A stretch of 64,000 bases of DNA from Vermamoeba vermiformis (lineage: Eukaryota). Both the position numbers and the translations under genes were made by a program. This document shows, one piece after another, positions 25,076 to 37,789 of the stretch (within the stretch, counting starts at the first letter, position 1; every line of letters begins with the position of its first letter). The notes below the pieces were generated by a model. It was not told the origin of the DNA and searched no databases. It saw only the letters and a list, made by a program, of their open reading frames with translations. The stretch lies in NCBI GenBank assembly GCA_045837725.1, contig JBEWZL010000253.1, forward strand, positions 1-64,000, read 5' to 3'.

Positions 25076-27492
25076 TCACTTTGACTTTTTAATACTATTC
25101 TTGGCATGTTCGTTATTGATCACGTGGTCCAAAAACAGCTCGTGAAGTGTCTGTTCTTTTGGGAGTGTGAAAAGTGATGCTGCTTTAGAGACCACTTCAT
25201 CGTACTGTTTCGAATGATCTTTTAATTCAATAGCGTTAATATTGTACGAATAAATAGTAGGCGCCGAGCTTAGTTACCTCTTCGCCATATATAGGAAATT
25301 TGGAAAGTTTTAGCGGAGTTACTGATCACGCGATCCACTCGTCCAACACCGATGATTTTTCTCTTTTCTATAAGCATCAGTTTACCGCTATAGTTCTTTT
25401 CGAATTCACTTGGTTTGTATGGCTCTATGTCATAATGAATCAACGGCAATAAAATCGCTGTAACTTTTCTGTTTTGTTTTCTCGGAGGTCGTTCCGAACT
25501 TTTCGCTTGAAATTTCAATTTCATCTCCTTGACTTGCTGCTTATATTCCATCAGCTTCATTCTATACCCTTGCTTATTGTGCCTATATTCTTTTTTCTTC
25601 GGCTTCTCGACTTTGAACTTTCTAGTAGTTGTCTTTGCTGAAATTTCTCCATCTTCGTCCAGCTCTGGAAAAATCCACCATAAGATGCACGGAATACGAG
25701 ATGAGCCGTAGAATATATTATAGGTTTGATGCTGCACTAATCTATCGGGTTTCATAACGACAATTTGGGCTCGAAAAGCTATGGTACAATTCACCATAGG
25801 CGTTTCCGTCGGTTTGATTAAGTAGCTGCACTTGGGATATATATCATATAACGGGACATTCTTAATATTAATACCAATAATATCGCCTGAATAATCAATT
25901 TAAGTTGAGTTCAAACAAGATCCAGAAAATTTTTTACCTGGATAGGCTGTTTCAAGCGGCATGCAATATGATTCAATCGATTTAGCTAGAGTTCGAATTC
26001 CATCTGGATGAATGCTGATCGTACTGTTTGGAGTCAAAGTGCCACCTAAGTAAATGACAATGTAATTACTATTATTTCTCTAAACTGATTTTTTCAATAT
26101 TTTACAATTACGTACTGATGACGCGACCTTCAATAACAGTGCCTATGCCAGCGATCTTATCGGCGTTTGTGAGTTGAAGGCGCAAAGGGGCCTCACAAAG
26201 TTTTTTGTACGACGATGAGTCAAAGTTAGTTCGCAACTGATCGTCAAGAATGAGCTTTTTCAGTGAAGCACCGCTGAACCACTCGTACTTCGGTGTGATG
26301 TTTGCAGTGATGTTGGTGCCAGTTCGGACATTTATCGGAATAATTGTATAGCACATGCCAACTGTTTTGTTCAGCAACTTTGATATTTTGAGCTTTGCCT
26401 GATTGAAAGCTAATATATTTAAGCATTTCAGTGCTAGCACAACATCTATTGTTGAAAAATCTATACGCGAATTGTATCCGGTGTCAAAGTGTCATAAATT
26501 AGTTTGACACGTGTCAAGCAAAAAAACTTACCGTTACACAACCCGCTTGCTTCTTTGGCGGTCACATTTGACAAATCAATAGCGACGATGATATTACGAG
26601 CACTCATCATGAAACAACAGCCAAAGATCATTTCTTTAATATCTTCTGCGTACGCGTCGATTTCTTCCGGATCCACGATCAACAAACACAAATCCGCCTA
26701 AAAAACGAAATAATTGTACTCATTAATAGTTGAATTCATAAAAACGGACTGGGAAGACATAGATCTACAAAAGCAAAACGAGATCCGGATCAAGGTGCGT
26801 ACCTTAACTGCCAAAGTGTATAATCTCACTCGCAAATTGTTCGCTGTTGGTGCTTCAATCAATGAAACTTTTCTTTCTTTCGCGACAAGCGATGGAATAT
26901 GATTTTTGAAAGGTGTAATTTGCACAACGTTTTTCCTCGTACGACCGGTTGGATTTATTTCGGTCGTCGGCGCTTCACTGAAAAGCGTTGAAGATACGAC
27001 CGCAGATCCTATAACCTCCGTCATTAGTAAATTTGTATTTATTGAAAATTTAATTCTTACTTGAAACCGTCGTAGTTAACGAAATTGAATCTGGTAAATA
27101 AAAATTAGTAATAAAAACAATAATTAAAAAATATTTACTATATTTAGACGGAAGTGATAAGACTAGAACGCGGGAGTGGTCGCCACAAAGTCGGATCTTC
27201 TTTCGGTGCTCGAGAATATATTGGGCTAGTCCATGATACCGCTTATTTACTCGCACTAATTTATTTAAATCACGTCTTTCCAGATTATCGAGGATTTCTA
27301 CCAAGATCTAAACCAGAAAATTAATTTTTAAATTTGAACTGCAGTAGAAAAAATTAGATAAATAGAATATGGTTTTGTATTCTATAAACGTTAATAAACT
27401 GCTAGAAATCTTGTTATAGAGCAAATGTATACCTCGTTCGGGAGATCAACCAATAATGATAGTCTTCGGGGCACCTCTAATACTTTAAGCAT
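25076..27492 (-). CDS. F-box fused to degenerate eEF1A-like translation-factor body, copy 1
   Basis: LVDLPNE|ILVEILDNLERRDLNKLVRVNKRY (F-box), then ADLCLLIVDPEE..RNIIVAIDLS, IIPINVRTGTNI, EAPLRLQLTNADKIAGIGTVIEGRVISGTL, AYPGDIIGI, FRAQIVVMKP and GKLMLIEKRKIIGVGRV, collinear with eEF1A domains I-III. Confidence 0.8.
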
Positions 27493-27685
27493 AGTCTTGA
27501 TTATGCTCTTTTGTTGTCATTAATAGCCAGCTTTAAAAAATAGGAATAAATTGCAACCGATCCCCACAAACCCAAAATCTCGCCGCTGTTGTTATTAACA
27601 CGACGCAAAAAACATTAAGTTGAGTACAAACATTAAAAATGTATTTACATATTAATATAAAACAATTAATGAGGTACAACAAAAG

Positions 27686-30289
27686 CTAATCTTTACACTG
27701 AGCACGGCAAGTATTTTCCATCCAAGTTGATCCAAACGGACACTCAAACTCGTTGTTCCGAGCATCGCAATAGACCAAGCTGTCAGGATAATGATTGAAG
27801 ACGTCACGCCACGAATTGAATCGGTTGTTTGAAATGTCTAGTAGCACTACTTTGGTGAGTTGATAGTGTGGAATGCTGAAGTGTCCGTTGAACGTATTAT
27901 TTGCCAAATTTAGGTACATCAAACTTCTCGATCTCGTGGCAGCCATAACATCGCCGGTAAGCATATTATTTGAAAGATTAATATACTCGAGGTTGAGGCC
28001 GAGGAACGGAAGTGTTCCGTTGAGCTTGTTGTAGCTCAGATCCAGTTTGACGAGAAATGCTTTGCCATCGTCAGGAATAGTCCCTTCAAGTTGATTATGC
28101 GCCAAGAAAACATTGTTGATTTCACTGTTGAGAAAATCTCCTGGAATTGTGCCGTAGAAATTATTCTTCGAAAGATCTATCTCCTGAAGTGCAGGATATT
28201 TTGCTATATTTGGTAATGTTCCCGTGAGATTATTGCTCGCTAATTTTAGCACTTTCAGCTTTTCAATCTTCGAAAACTCTTCTGGGATCGTTCCGGTCAA
28301 AAAGTTATTCTGCAGTTCGAGCCTCTGAAGCCACGTGATTTTGTAAAGTGACGACGGCAATGTGCCATTCAAGTTGTTGTAACTCAAATCGATATTAATC
28401 ACCGTTAACATCACGTCGGGAAAAGTCTCGTTCAGCCAATGAGCTTCTTCGTGACAGTCCACGCCGGTCCATTTACAAATCGAGACACGTTCGTCGAGCC
28501 AATTCCTCCTAAACAACCACGTGTCACCATTCGTTGCCGTATATAAGTCCTTCAAAGCCACGATGAACTCCGGTGGAAATTTTTCGTTCGCAGCGTTGCC
28601 CGAAGAGTCTGGGTTAGGTCCATCTCCAAGTGCGCCACTGAAGAGCGGAATAACTCCCGCAAACGCCAGAGCTGTGATTATAGCGACTAGAACGGTCACC
28701 GAAATGATACCAAGAAGCAAGAACTTTTTCGTTCGAGATCCGCTTTGGTGGATATGACTGTGCATGGGTGGAGGTGTAGTTGACTTCGTGGCACTGTCCT
28801 TGCGAATAAATTGGTCGTACATGTCGTCGATAGTCTTTTGAATGCGTTCTGTCTTTGAACGAAGATCATTGATGTCGGTGAAATTGGCACGAATAGACTC
28901 GCTTAGATATGGAATCAGCGATTCATAGTCAACGTGCAGGATACCTAAGTGACACCGTCATTAGTTTTATAATCAATAAAATCATATTTGATATCGCAGT
29001 ACGTACCATCAATGAGCTGAACTGCCTCGGGCACAACACTTTCCACTTGTTGTGCAATGTAGCCAACAAATCGTCTGTTCGTGTCTGGATGCACCCCTTG
29101 TTTGAACTTGTACTTAACACCGTCGATTTGAAGTAGCGTATCGCGGCAATCGTAATCTAAGGTACGTGTGTCAGTTCACATTACACGCGATCCGCGGAAG
29201 TCACACGAAGATTTATAGGTACGGCAGTACTTCATAACATACTTAGCCGACACCTTGTACTTACCTTCGGTTAATAATCGAATGTCCTCTTTGATGTTAA
29301 TGTCCGAGGATTTGTAGAAGTTGAGTGCTCTGAAGTTGCCGATCACTTCTGCATTGCCGTTGTAAAGGACCATATACTGCTCTCCGTTAGTATTCATGCC
29401 CAAATATTGCATTTCCGCCCCGCTATAAATGAACAGTTATTATGAGCCAAAAGAGCTGCGTGATCGAACAAAACGTACGCAGCCTGCATCGGGTACTCAG
29501 TAGGCTGTTCTTCCTCCGAGTATACTTCAATGGGTGCGTTCATATTATAGATTGGTTGATTATAATTTGATTGGTTATAGCCATTTTCTAAGTATGGCGA
29601 GGACAGCTCATCCGCAGGACTTTCGGCAACATAAGAAGCAGTCGGTGACAGTTGACTAAGCGGTGATGTTGATACTACTTCTGCGACCCAAAAAACGGGT
29701 ATAATAGCTGGTAAAATAAATGGTTAGTGCCCGTTGCAGGGTGTTCAATTGAATCCAAAAATAACTTGGATGCAGTAAATCTTAAATAATTCCGGAAAAT
29801 TGCAAATCACTTACTAGTTGATTCTGTTCCTCCATTTCGATTTTTGGGCAATATTTGGACGACGTTGCTGAATGCTTGTTTGATGATCTGGCCATTTTTT
29901 ATTTCGTTGACTTGGATTCGTGTTTGCTGGGATCTGTATTTTCTAAAATCAAACACTCTTGGCGGTAATTTAATTCTAACTGCAATTCCTTCTACTTCTT
30001 GTGTTTCATCCGACCGTTGAAATCGAATTGGGTTTCTCTTCGCCCAGACGAAGCAATTAGGCAACGAAATATCGTCATCCGTATATGACTGTTTGAAGAC
30101 TAGTTGAATATGATATTGAAGGGTACTATCAGCGGTGTTTTTCTCGGCCAAAGCAAATCCGAAGTTAGTTCCGAGCAAAGGTACGGCTTCAAGATTTGGA
30201 GGGCCGCTGATAGGAATATGCAAATCAAAAATATTGCGAATACGTGCGCTGTGGGCCATTCTTTGTTGTGTCAAGTTAAAAGGTGACAT
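27686..30289 (-). CDS. MYRF/MrfA-like self-cleaving membrane protein: N-terminal domain + Peptidase_S74 (ICA) + coiled coil + TM + plant-type LRR ectodomain (5 exons)
   Basis: Four GT-AG introns (first 29814-29708) join ORFs 29807-30289, 29176-29412 and 27686-28822 in frame. The product contains FYKSSDINIKEDI...FVGYIAQQVESVVPEAV...LHVDYESLIPYLSESI (S74), a TM (FLLLGIISVTVLVAIITALAFAGVIPLF), ALKDLYTATNG..W...W....ICKWTGVDC (LRRNT_2-like cap) and LxxNxLxGxIP repeats. Confidence 0.85.
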
Positions 30290-30402
30290 TTTGGTGACGC
30301 CTCAAAGCATGAAACAATTCACATTTGATCCGGACCTAAATACCGTCCGCTATTGTTTTTGATTCGAAAGAGATTTAATGAGAATTGTCTACGTAAACTA
30401 TT

Positions 30403-31770
30403 TTATTCTTCAAAGGCGAACCTCCCATCTTTATGTTGAACGATTTTAAACCAATCGCCTCGTTCGATCAGTTGAGAAATTTCATTGTAGTTCCTGATAA
30501 TGCAATCGAAGAGCTTATCGGCGCGACCAAGCCTGTTAAATGAAGGTACAGTAATATGGCTGAGAATTAAAGACCAGATCTCGGCGGGAAATTTGCGTGC
30601 ATTTGCTAGCATTAAAACGATAAATGCCACTTCTTTGCGGCGATTTCGAATTTTCTCTTTGTTCTCGTTTAATCTATGCGTTAAAGGGTGCTGATTATCC
30701 ATATAAAAGCCGGTGCACCCAAATGCGAAGATCGACGGATGCATCCATAAAGCTTGTTGCGCGTCCGAAAACTTGAAATCTTCAGTTGTTACGTTGTACA
30801 TAACCAACTTTGTAAGCGTTGTATTCTTTTTAAGGCCTTCCCAAAAATATTGCGTTATTCCTCGACTTTCTCCGTTTGAAATGTTTAAAAAGGTCAGCCG
30901 AGTCGTTTGCTCCAAATATTCTGCTAGAATTTGATGGCTTTTCTCTGATATATGATTTCCAGTTAAATCTAAATATTCTATGCTGTCGTTTACCATTATT
31001 GATTTGATAATCGGGGCTACATGTGTATCAGACAAATAACACGAGTGTAAATCCAGTTCGGTCAAATTATTGTGCATTCTTAAACACCGTTGGAAGCTGT
31101 TAATAGATAATTCCCCTTTGATACTTAAATTTTGTAATTTTAGTCTCGTTATCGATTTGTTTTCCGCAACGCCATCAAAAATTTTAGCCCATCCGCCGTC
31201 GCTCGTTTCAAAGCCTCCCATTGATATTCCAACGATAAAATCTTTCAGTGAATTATTCCTTTTTAGGAAATTTGCTAGCGCGTCTATTGTTTCTTCGTGC
31301 GCGCCCAGCTGACTGCTTGAAACTTTCAACTCTGCCAGCCGGGAATTTTCCAAAGCTGTAAATAAGTCTTTTGCTTTTGCATATGAAAATACGCTTTGGT
31401 CTGCAATTGTTAGTGACTTTAATTTGGGTATTGACTTGACTAGCTCCACGATCCATTTCATCGCATCTGGTTTCTGAAAAGTATTTATGAACGTAACCGC
31501 TTCTAAGGTCTTAATAGTTGCTAATGATCCACATATCCATCGGGCAGATTCATCGCATAATAAATGCTCGTTAATTAATATTTTTTTGAGGGCTTTGTGA
31601 TTTTTGAGTTTTTTTGCAACGGATTTAGCTTCATTTAGAGTCATTATAAGACCACTGTGAACAGAACAAATAAGGTCAAGTTCTTCAAGATAAGGATCTA
31701 AAATAAAATCCTTCTCCTGGGTAAGCGCCATTTCAATCCCGTCTTGATCAATAACGACGACCGGATTCAT
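30403..31770 (-). CDS. Ribonuclease-inhibitor-type LRR protein with a C-terminal F-box-like motif
   Basis: 455-aa ORF with NxSLxxLxL repeats (NNSLKDF, NKSITRLKL, NNLTELDL, NDSIEYLDLTGN, NTTLTKL) and KFPAEIWSLILSHI near the C-terminus. Confidence 0.75.
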   Translation of the reverse strand: MNPVVVIDQDGIEMALTQEKDFILDPYLEELDLICSVHSGLIMTLNEAKSVAKKLKNHKALKKILINEHLLCDESARWICGSLATIKTLEAVTFINTFQKPDAMKWIVELVKSIPKLKSLTIADQSVFSYAKAKDLFTALENSRLAELKVSSSQLGAHEETIDALANFLKRNNSLKDFIVGISMGGFETSDGGWAKIFDGVAENKSITRLKLQNLSIKGELSINSFQRCLRMHNNLTELDLHSCYLSDTHVAPIIKSIMVNDSIEYLDLTGNHISEKSHQILAEYLEQTTRLTFLNISNGESRGITQYFWEGLKKNTTLTKLVMYNVTTEDFKFSDAQQALWMHPSIFAFGCTGFYMDNQHPLTHRLNENKEKIRNRRKEVAFIVLMLANARKFPAEIWSLILSHITVPSFNRLGRADKLFDCIIRNYNEISQLIERGDWFKIVQHKDGRFAFEE

Positions 31771-32250
31771 TCTGAAAATCTAAAAAACATCAATTATTAA
31801 TTAATAATAATAATTCTAATTTCAAATCAAATAAGCGTCATCATTAAGTCAAAAAACTAAATCTTGAGTTAAAAATTTTGGCATCTCGTTCCCTCTTCCC
31901 TACCTAACTACAAAGTACTACGGCCGTATAAATTAATTATCTGATCGAAATTACTGTGGTCAACAGGGGTGCGCGTACAAAAATATGACGTTGTAATTGT
32001 TTTCAAATCATCAAAAACACCGAAAACTACAACACGTCATATTTATTCACCTAGGTTTACTTCCTTCTTCGGTGCAACTATTAATCGTCTTAAATTTTAA
32101 CGTAAATAATGCTAAATAAGGAGTCCAAGGTTAGAGTTATCGAAATCTGCTCAGGAAAGAAATAACTCGGAATAAGCTGTAACACACGAAGTTCAATTGC
32201 AAAAAAAATTCTAATTAAAATAGGCGTCGTTACCAGAGAAGGCGTAAGAT

Positions 32251-33974
32251 ATGGTAAGGAACATCTCGATCAAAGTTTATTATTAGCACTGCGCGCGATC
32301 CGTCCCATCAATAATATTGATTTTTTACATCAATAGAAAGGGACCCGTGTCAATTTACCAGATGTCCCGCCAGAGCTTCACGAAATAATCGTCTCGTCCT
32401 TGGACGACAAATCCAGGCGATATATGCGAGTAGCAAGCACTTATTGGTTCAATTTGATCAATTACAACGAGTTTACAATTTATTTTGCACGTTCCACAAC
32501 GCTGCCAGAAATGGTCGATAGATTCGCAAAGTATGAAGGTCCAATAGCCCTCAGATTCAAAAAAGAAATACAAATGGATGCGAACAGGATGGCACAGTAT
32601 TTACAACAACTAACCAACATTACTGGCCTGTCAATGTCGCAAAATGTCAAATCTATCCCATCCAGCCCGGGCGAAGCTCACTACCCCGCGCCGTTCAGAT
32701 TTAACAAATTATTTTTTGACCAAAAGTTCAGCTTATCAACCCTTACAAATTTACAAGAATGGTACGACATGCCTTGCTTTGGTGAAGATCATTTTGAAAT
32801 GCTATTAAATTTTTCGCGCTTGACGAAACTGCGATTACAAGGCAAAAACCGGCACAAAGCGACATTGGAGCAAATTATTATAAATAATAGCAATTTAGAA
32901 GTGTTAGACTTGGACTACAATATGAACGCCAATGATCTGATCTCAATTTTACCGAATCCAAGCCGGTTGACCTCATTAAGTATTCCACCGAGCACATTTA
33001 ATTTCAATGAAGAAGACTATTCCAAATTAGGAAATTTGCGACACCTAAGAATGCACGGAGGATTTTATCGGACATTTACAGCACTCGAATCGCTCGAGAC
33101 ACAAAGTCACTTCGTAGTTTATTTTGATGTTAATACGACATTAACGAGATTGATATTAACATCGTCATCCGATGAGATCTTAAAAAGCAGCTTACCAAAT
33201 TTGGTAAATTTGCACGAGTTAGTCAAGCTTGGGCGAGTTGGCAGATCCATTGACGTACCTTTGTATCTTCAGCCGGACAAATTAACGAAGCTTCATATAA
33301 TGCAAGAAGAAGTAGAGAAGCTAGAGCATATGTCTAGATTGACCAATTTGGAGAATTTACTCATTTTCAGAGCGACATCCGAAACGGATCAGGAGACATT
33401 AGAGCCAATCATGAATTTGACAAAATTGACGCAGCTAAGGCTTCATTGTGACTTAAAGACTGATAATAGCTCGTTCATGACCAACTTAACGAACCTTAAG
33501 TCATTGATCTTGCGCAGTGACTTGACGAACTTAATGACAGCGGATGCAGCAAGTAAATTTTCAAAATTGGAAGAACTACGATTCTGCGAGTACTTTGCGG
33601 ACTCATTTTTAACGAGAATTCAAGCACTTCATCAGCCTACTTGCTATCACACAATATTATCGAACTTCAAAAATTTGACGCGATTGCAGATCCACAACCA
33701 AACACCGGATCTATGGCAGACATTGACCAAATTAAGCAATCTTAAGGCACTGACTATTGGATGGATGGATGCAAAGGATATGCCGGCATTGACGAAGTTG
33801 ACCGCTCTTACTGACTTGGATATTGGGCAATTTGTCATGACTGATCGTGAAATTTTTGCCAAGTTGACCAACTTGCAAAGATTATGGCTAAGATACAATG
33901 ACAAGGACGAGAAAGATTATTTTTACTCGAAGTTGCCGTATTTACATTCGTTTGGGTGGCAGAGAAACCAATAG
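32251..33974 (+). CDS. F-box/LRR protein
   Basis: ATG-only first coding exon (32251-32253), intron to 32336, then KGTRVNLPDVPPELHEIIVSSLDDKSRRYMRVASTYW (F-box) and many LTNLxxLxL repeats. Confidence 0.8.
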
Positions 33975-34136
33975 TTCAAGCGTTAAATAAATGATTAGGT
34001 GTTCCCAAGGAAGACTTGAACCAAACGGGACTGATGGTCTCCTCGAAGTAACTGTTATTCACACGGGGTGAATTTCGGTTTCGTTTGTGTCCATTTTCTT
34101 GTTCGTTTCCGATGAGACCACAACCACAAAGCATTA

Positions 34137-37100
34137 ATGGAAGATAATATTATTAAAATTGTTGCAATAGGTCGTGGTACTAAAAGGAAGGGTGACGAGC
34201 TCGCACAAGAAAAAAACAAGAGACAAAAAATTACAGATCTTTCTAGAAATAACGGTAACTGAGCCAAATTAGAATATTATAAAAAATAATCAATACTAAT
34301 AGCTTTTATTTTTATTGCAGATTTTTATTTCCTAGAATTACCAAACGATTTGATTCGACAGATCGCATCTTGGAGCGAATCTTTGGCGGCTTTATTACTA
34401 TCAATAACGTGCACGCGAATATATAATTTATTTCGTAATGACAATCGTCTATGGCACTCGATCTATCTTCGAGAAGGCGGGATTAATGGTATCAGTATCG
34501 AAAATACGATTGCCCATGATGGTAAAATTAACATTTTTTCGTTGGATAAGGTAATAATTAGCAAACTAATAAATTTCGACAGTTCTTGGGTTCGATAGAG
34601 GCAGCGTTGCTTGGGAACGTGAATCGCTGGCTTGGGCAACTTATGAACACTCATTGACCTCTGACAGTATTGATTTTGCCAACGAAATAATTGCTGAAGA
34701 AGATTCCTATGCAAAATATTTTCCTCTGGGATTTCACAACGGTAAACAAGGGATAGTATCTTTCTTTTTCTAACTTGCTTGTTGTAGACTACAATCCAAT
34801 TGAATATCCACGCAAATATGTGTCGTTCACTGAATACAGTCCTTCAGTGAATTACAAGAAGTTAGCTCTAAAGGCGTGGTACAATTTCAATCAATATGAC
34901 TATTGGAGCGTACAACGGCACTGTGCGCGATTATGGAAATACAAACATTGCACTTGTTTCGGGCTTCCCGATTTGGAAATGAGCAATGAACTCGGAGAAA
35001 AGATAGCAATAGTTGAAACGAACGAAAAGAACGAAAAAGACGAATTTGATTCGAACTACAGCTCACAAAGCGAAAGTGACGATGAAACTTCTTCATTGGA
35101 CGGCGGATCTACCTCTGAAAACTCACTCTCAACGCAAGAAACCTACGATTCGCTCTTAGAGTAAGTAAAATTTTACCTAATTTATTCGATGCTAATCAGT
35201 TTTCGTAGCGATATTTCGGGGAGTGACAATTTTAAATATTTTGCGCAAGTTCTCAGTGGATTACTCGTTGGGCACTGTGCCTCACCGGGATGCAAACACT
35301 CATATCAAATACGAGTACGTTACATATACCGATACTTTTTTTGGTCGTGCTAATCAACTTAAGATGGCCAAAATGTTGAACACAACCGTCGTTCTCAAAG
35401 ATGTTACTGAAGCCACTTTGGATCAAATACGTAACGCAATAGACAACGACGATAGTTTTGAGTGCATTTCAAGCATTGTCTGTGCACTACAAAAGCTTTC
35501 ATTGGACGACTTGTTAACGCTGCACGAATGCGTCAAACAAAGATTTCCTTATTTGGCAACCGTTAGTTCAGGTATTTGCTCTTCGAATGAAAAATCAATA
35601 TTAAATCAATGTTAGTATTGGATATAGAAGAAAATAGTCCGTATGTTTGGCCTTTCTTCGCGAGCCACCATGAAATGCCATGGTCGTATCATTTTCAAGC
35701 AGATATTGCAACGAAAGAAGACCACGAGACTATTCCCGATTGGCTGTCGAGTATGTAAAGCGGAATAACTACCAGCTATCTACATAAATCAAGAAACTAA
35801 TAATCTTTTTAGTTCGTCATTCGATGTTGAAACTGTTTCGCCTAGCAGGCATCTTTTGTGCGACGCCAAATTCTACAGGTACTTAGCGTACCTTTCAACG
35901 ACAATAGTTATTAACTTGAGCCGGGTAGAGTACGGTATTAGTGCTTTAGGTGCCTATATTAAGAGCGTTCTTGGGTCGGTAGTAAGGTCCAAACCTGCAG
36001 ATACGGAACAACTGGAAGTCTCCGAAGGAATGATACTGCATGCGATCAAATCGCCTCTAGACAATAATAAGAATGGAACTACATTGTACAGCCCATCCTT
36101 AGAGTTGATGCAAGATGATAGTATAATTATGTACTCCGACAGTGAACTTTCAACGAATGAAGAATCGAGCTTCTCTGATGCGAGTGAGGAAGACGACCTG
36201 ACGGAGTTTTTGCAAGAAGCTAACAATAAGGGTGATAGCAATGACGAAGAAGATGATGAGGATATTATCGACGACTTCAAGAGCTTGAACGACATGATTA
36301 AGGTAAGATGACACGAGTCAAAAATTTTGCTGATCAACCGATTCTAGAACTCTGTCTCTGGATTAAACGAAGACAATAGTCCATTGTTAATGAAGTCTGC
36401 TGTCGTTTACGCACAAGCCGATGTACCCTACGACGAAATTTCCGATGTTGTAGGGACCGAAGAAGAAGAGGAAAAGGAAGATCAAGAATTCGCCGTGCAA
36501 AGTCAAATGTACTTGGATGAGTATGTGCCACGTAGCTGCATATTGATTTGATGTTTAACTTTTGGTCGGCAGAGATGATGAACTGTTTTCAGCCTTTCCT
36601 GAAGAAGCGAAGGATTTAGAGGAAGCGTTGGAGTATCATAACAAAGCCTACGAAAAATGCTTGAAATTTGAAGCATCTTATTATGGCGTGGTGAACAAAA
36701 ATGATCGAGAATTTGAACTGGATCTGCCGCTAAAAGACATGAACGACGAACAACGAGCTAAAACCCTAGCACTACGACGTACATAGCTTATTTCCATTTT
36801 AATACTAAAGTATTAATTATAGCAATTTAGGAGAAACGAACAGAATTCTGAAAGAGGAAGCCGATAAAGAATTTCAATTCGATTGCCAGCGAGCTGTAAG
36901 CAATAATGACCAACGTGACAAACCTGACATTAATTAATATTATACAGACCAAACGACTCGAAGAAAATGTTGAGCACTACAATCCTATGACTTGTAAATC
37001 AATGGTCATTGTGATGAACTGTCACGGACCGAAATTACGAAGTATAGTTGAGCAGGCCGTTGATATAATAAGTAAGTATTAATCAACTCTCGAGCCGTTA

Positions 37101-37416
37101 CAAAATATACGAGGAGTACTAATTTCCTTTTTCAGGCAACAGCAAAGTGCTTAAAAGCGTCAAGTTAAAATGGGCGTGGCTAGAAAAAGAGGTGACGCTT
37201 GATGATGACAACTCTTATAGCATGTTGATTGACGAACTAGCCAAATGTTCAACGCTGAAAAAATTGATTCTTGAAGACTGTGATCTCAGCGCTGACGGCA
37301 TTCAAAAGCAGTTGCCGAACGTAGAAGTTATTGTCAAAAATTACAAACCTGATAATCCAAATATCAATCTAAGACCATATCGCCCTTCTTTCTTGAATAA
37401 ATTCCGCTACTATTAG
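34137..37416 (+). CDS. F-box protein with basic N-terminus, acidic tracts and LRR-like C-terminus (multi-exon; model approximate)
   Basis: MEDNII...KRKGDELAQEKNKRQK (NLS-like); FLELPNDLIRQIASWS...ITCTRIY...LWHSIY (F-box); D/E-rich exons; last exon CSTLKKLILEDCDLSADGIQKQLPNV. Confidence 0.6.
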
Positions 37417-37789
37417 ATCTAGATCCGATCTATATCCCTTAGACGCTCGTGGAATTTTAATGTAGGATATAAAAAATGGGCCAAGAGGGGGTAGTGGCGG
37501 GTTGGCCGCACGCGAGCTCTTTTTTGTTACCTAGCCTATGTAAAATCCGAGCGAAATTAAGTCATTTACCTGTAAATCGCAAAAGCAGTGTTGAACGTCT
37601 AAGGGATATATATAAGGAAGCTGAGCGCTGGTTCGTCGAGGGCATTCATTCACGCCAGTATAATTGCACTGTCTGAGTCATTAAAACCTATCCTTTTTCA
37701 TTTGTAGCGGAGGACCCGAGCTGACTTAAAATAAAAAGATGGATTAAAACTGGATGCGATTGAACACAAAATAACAAACGAGAAACAAC

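Noticed and set aside
25076-27492. Calling the eEF1A-like genes functional elongation factors or HBS1/eRF3
   Set aside because: The P-loop, DxxG and NKxD motifs are absent and an F-box occupies the N-terminus.
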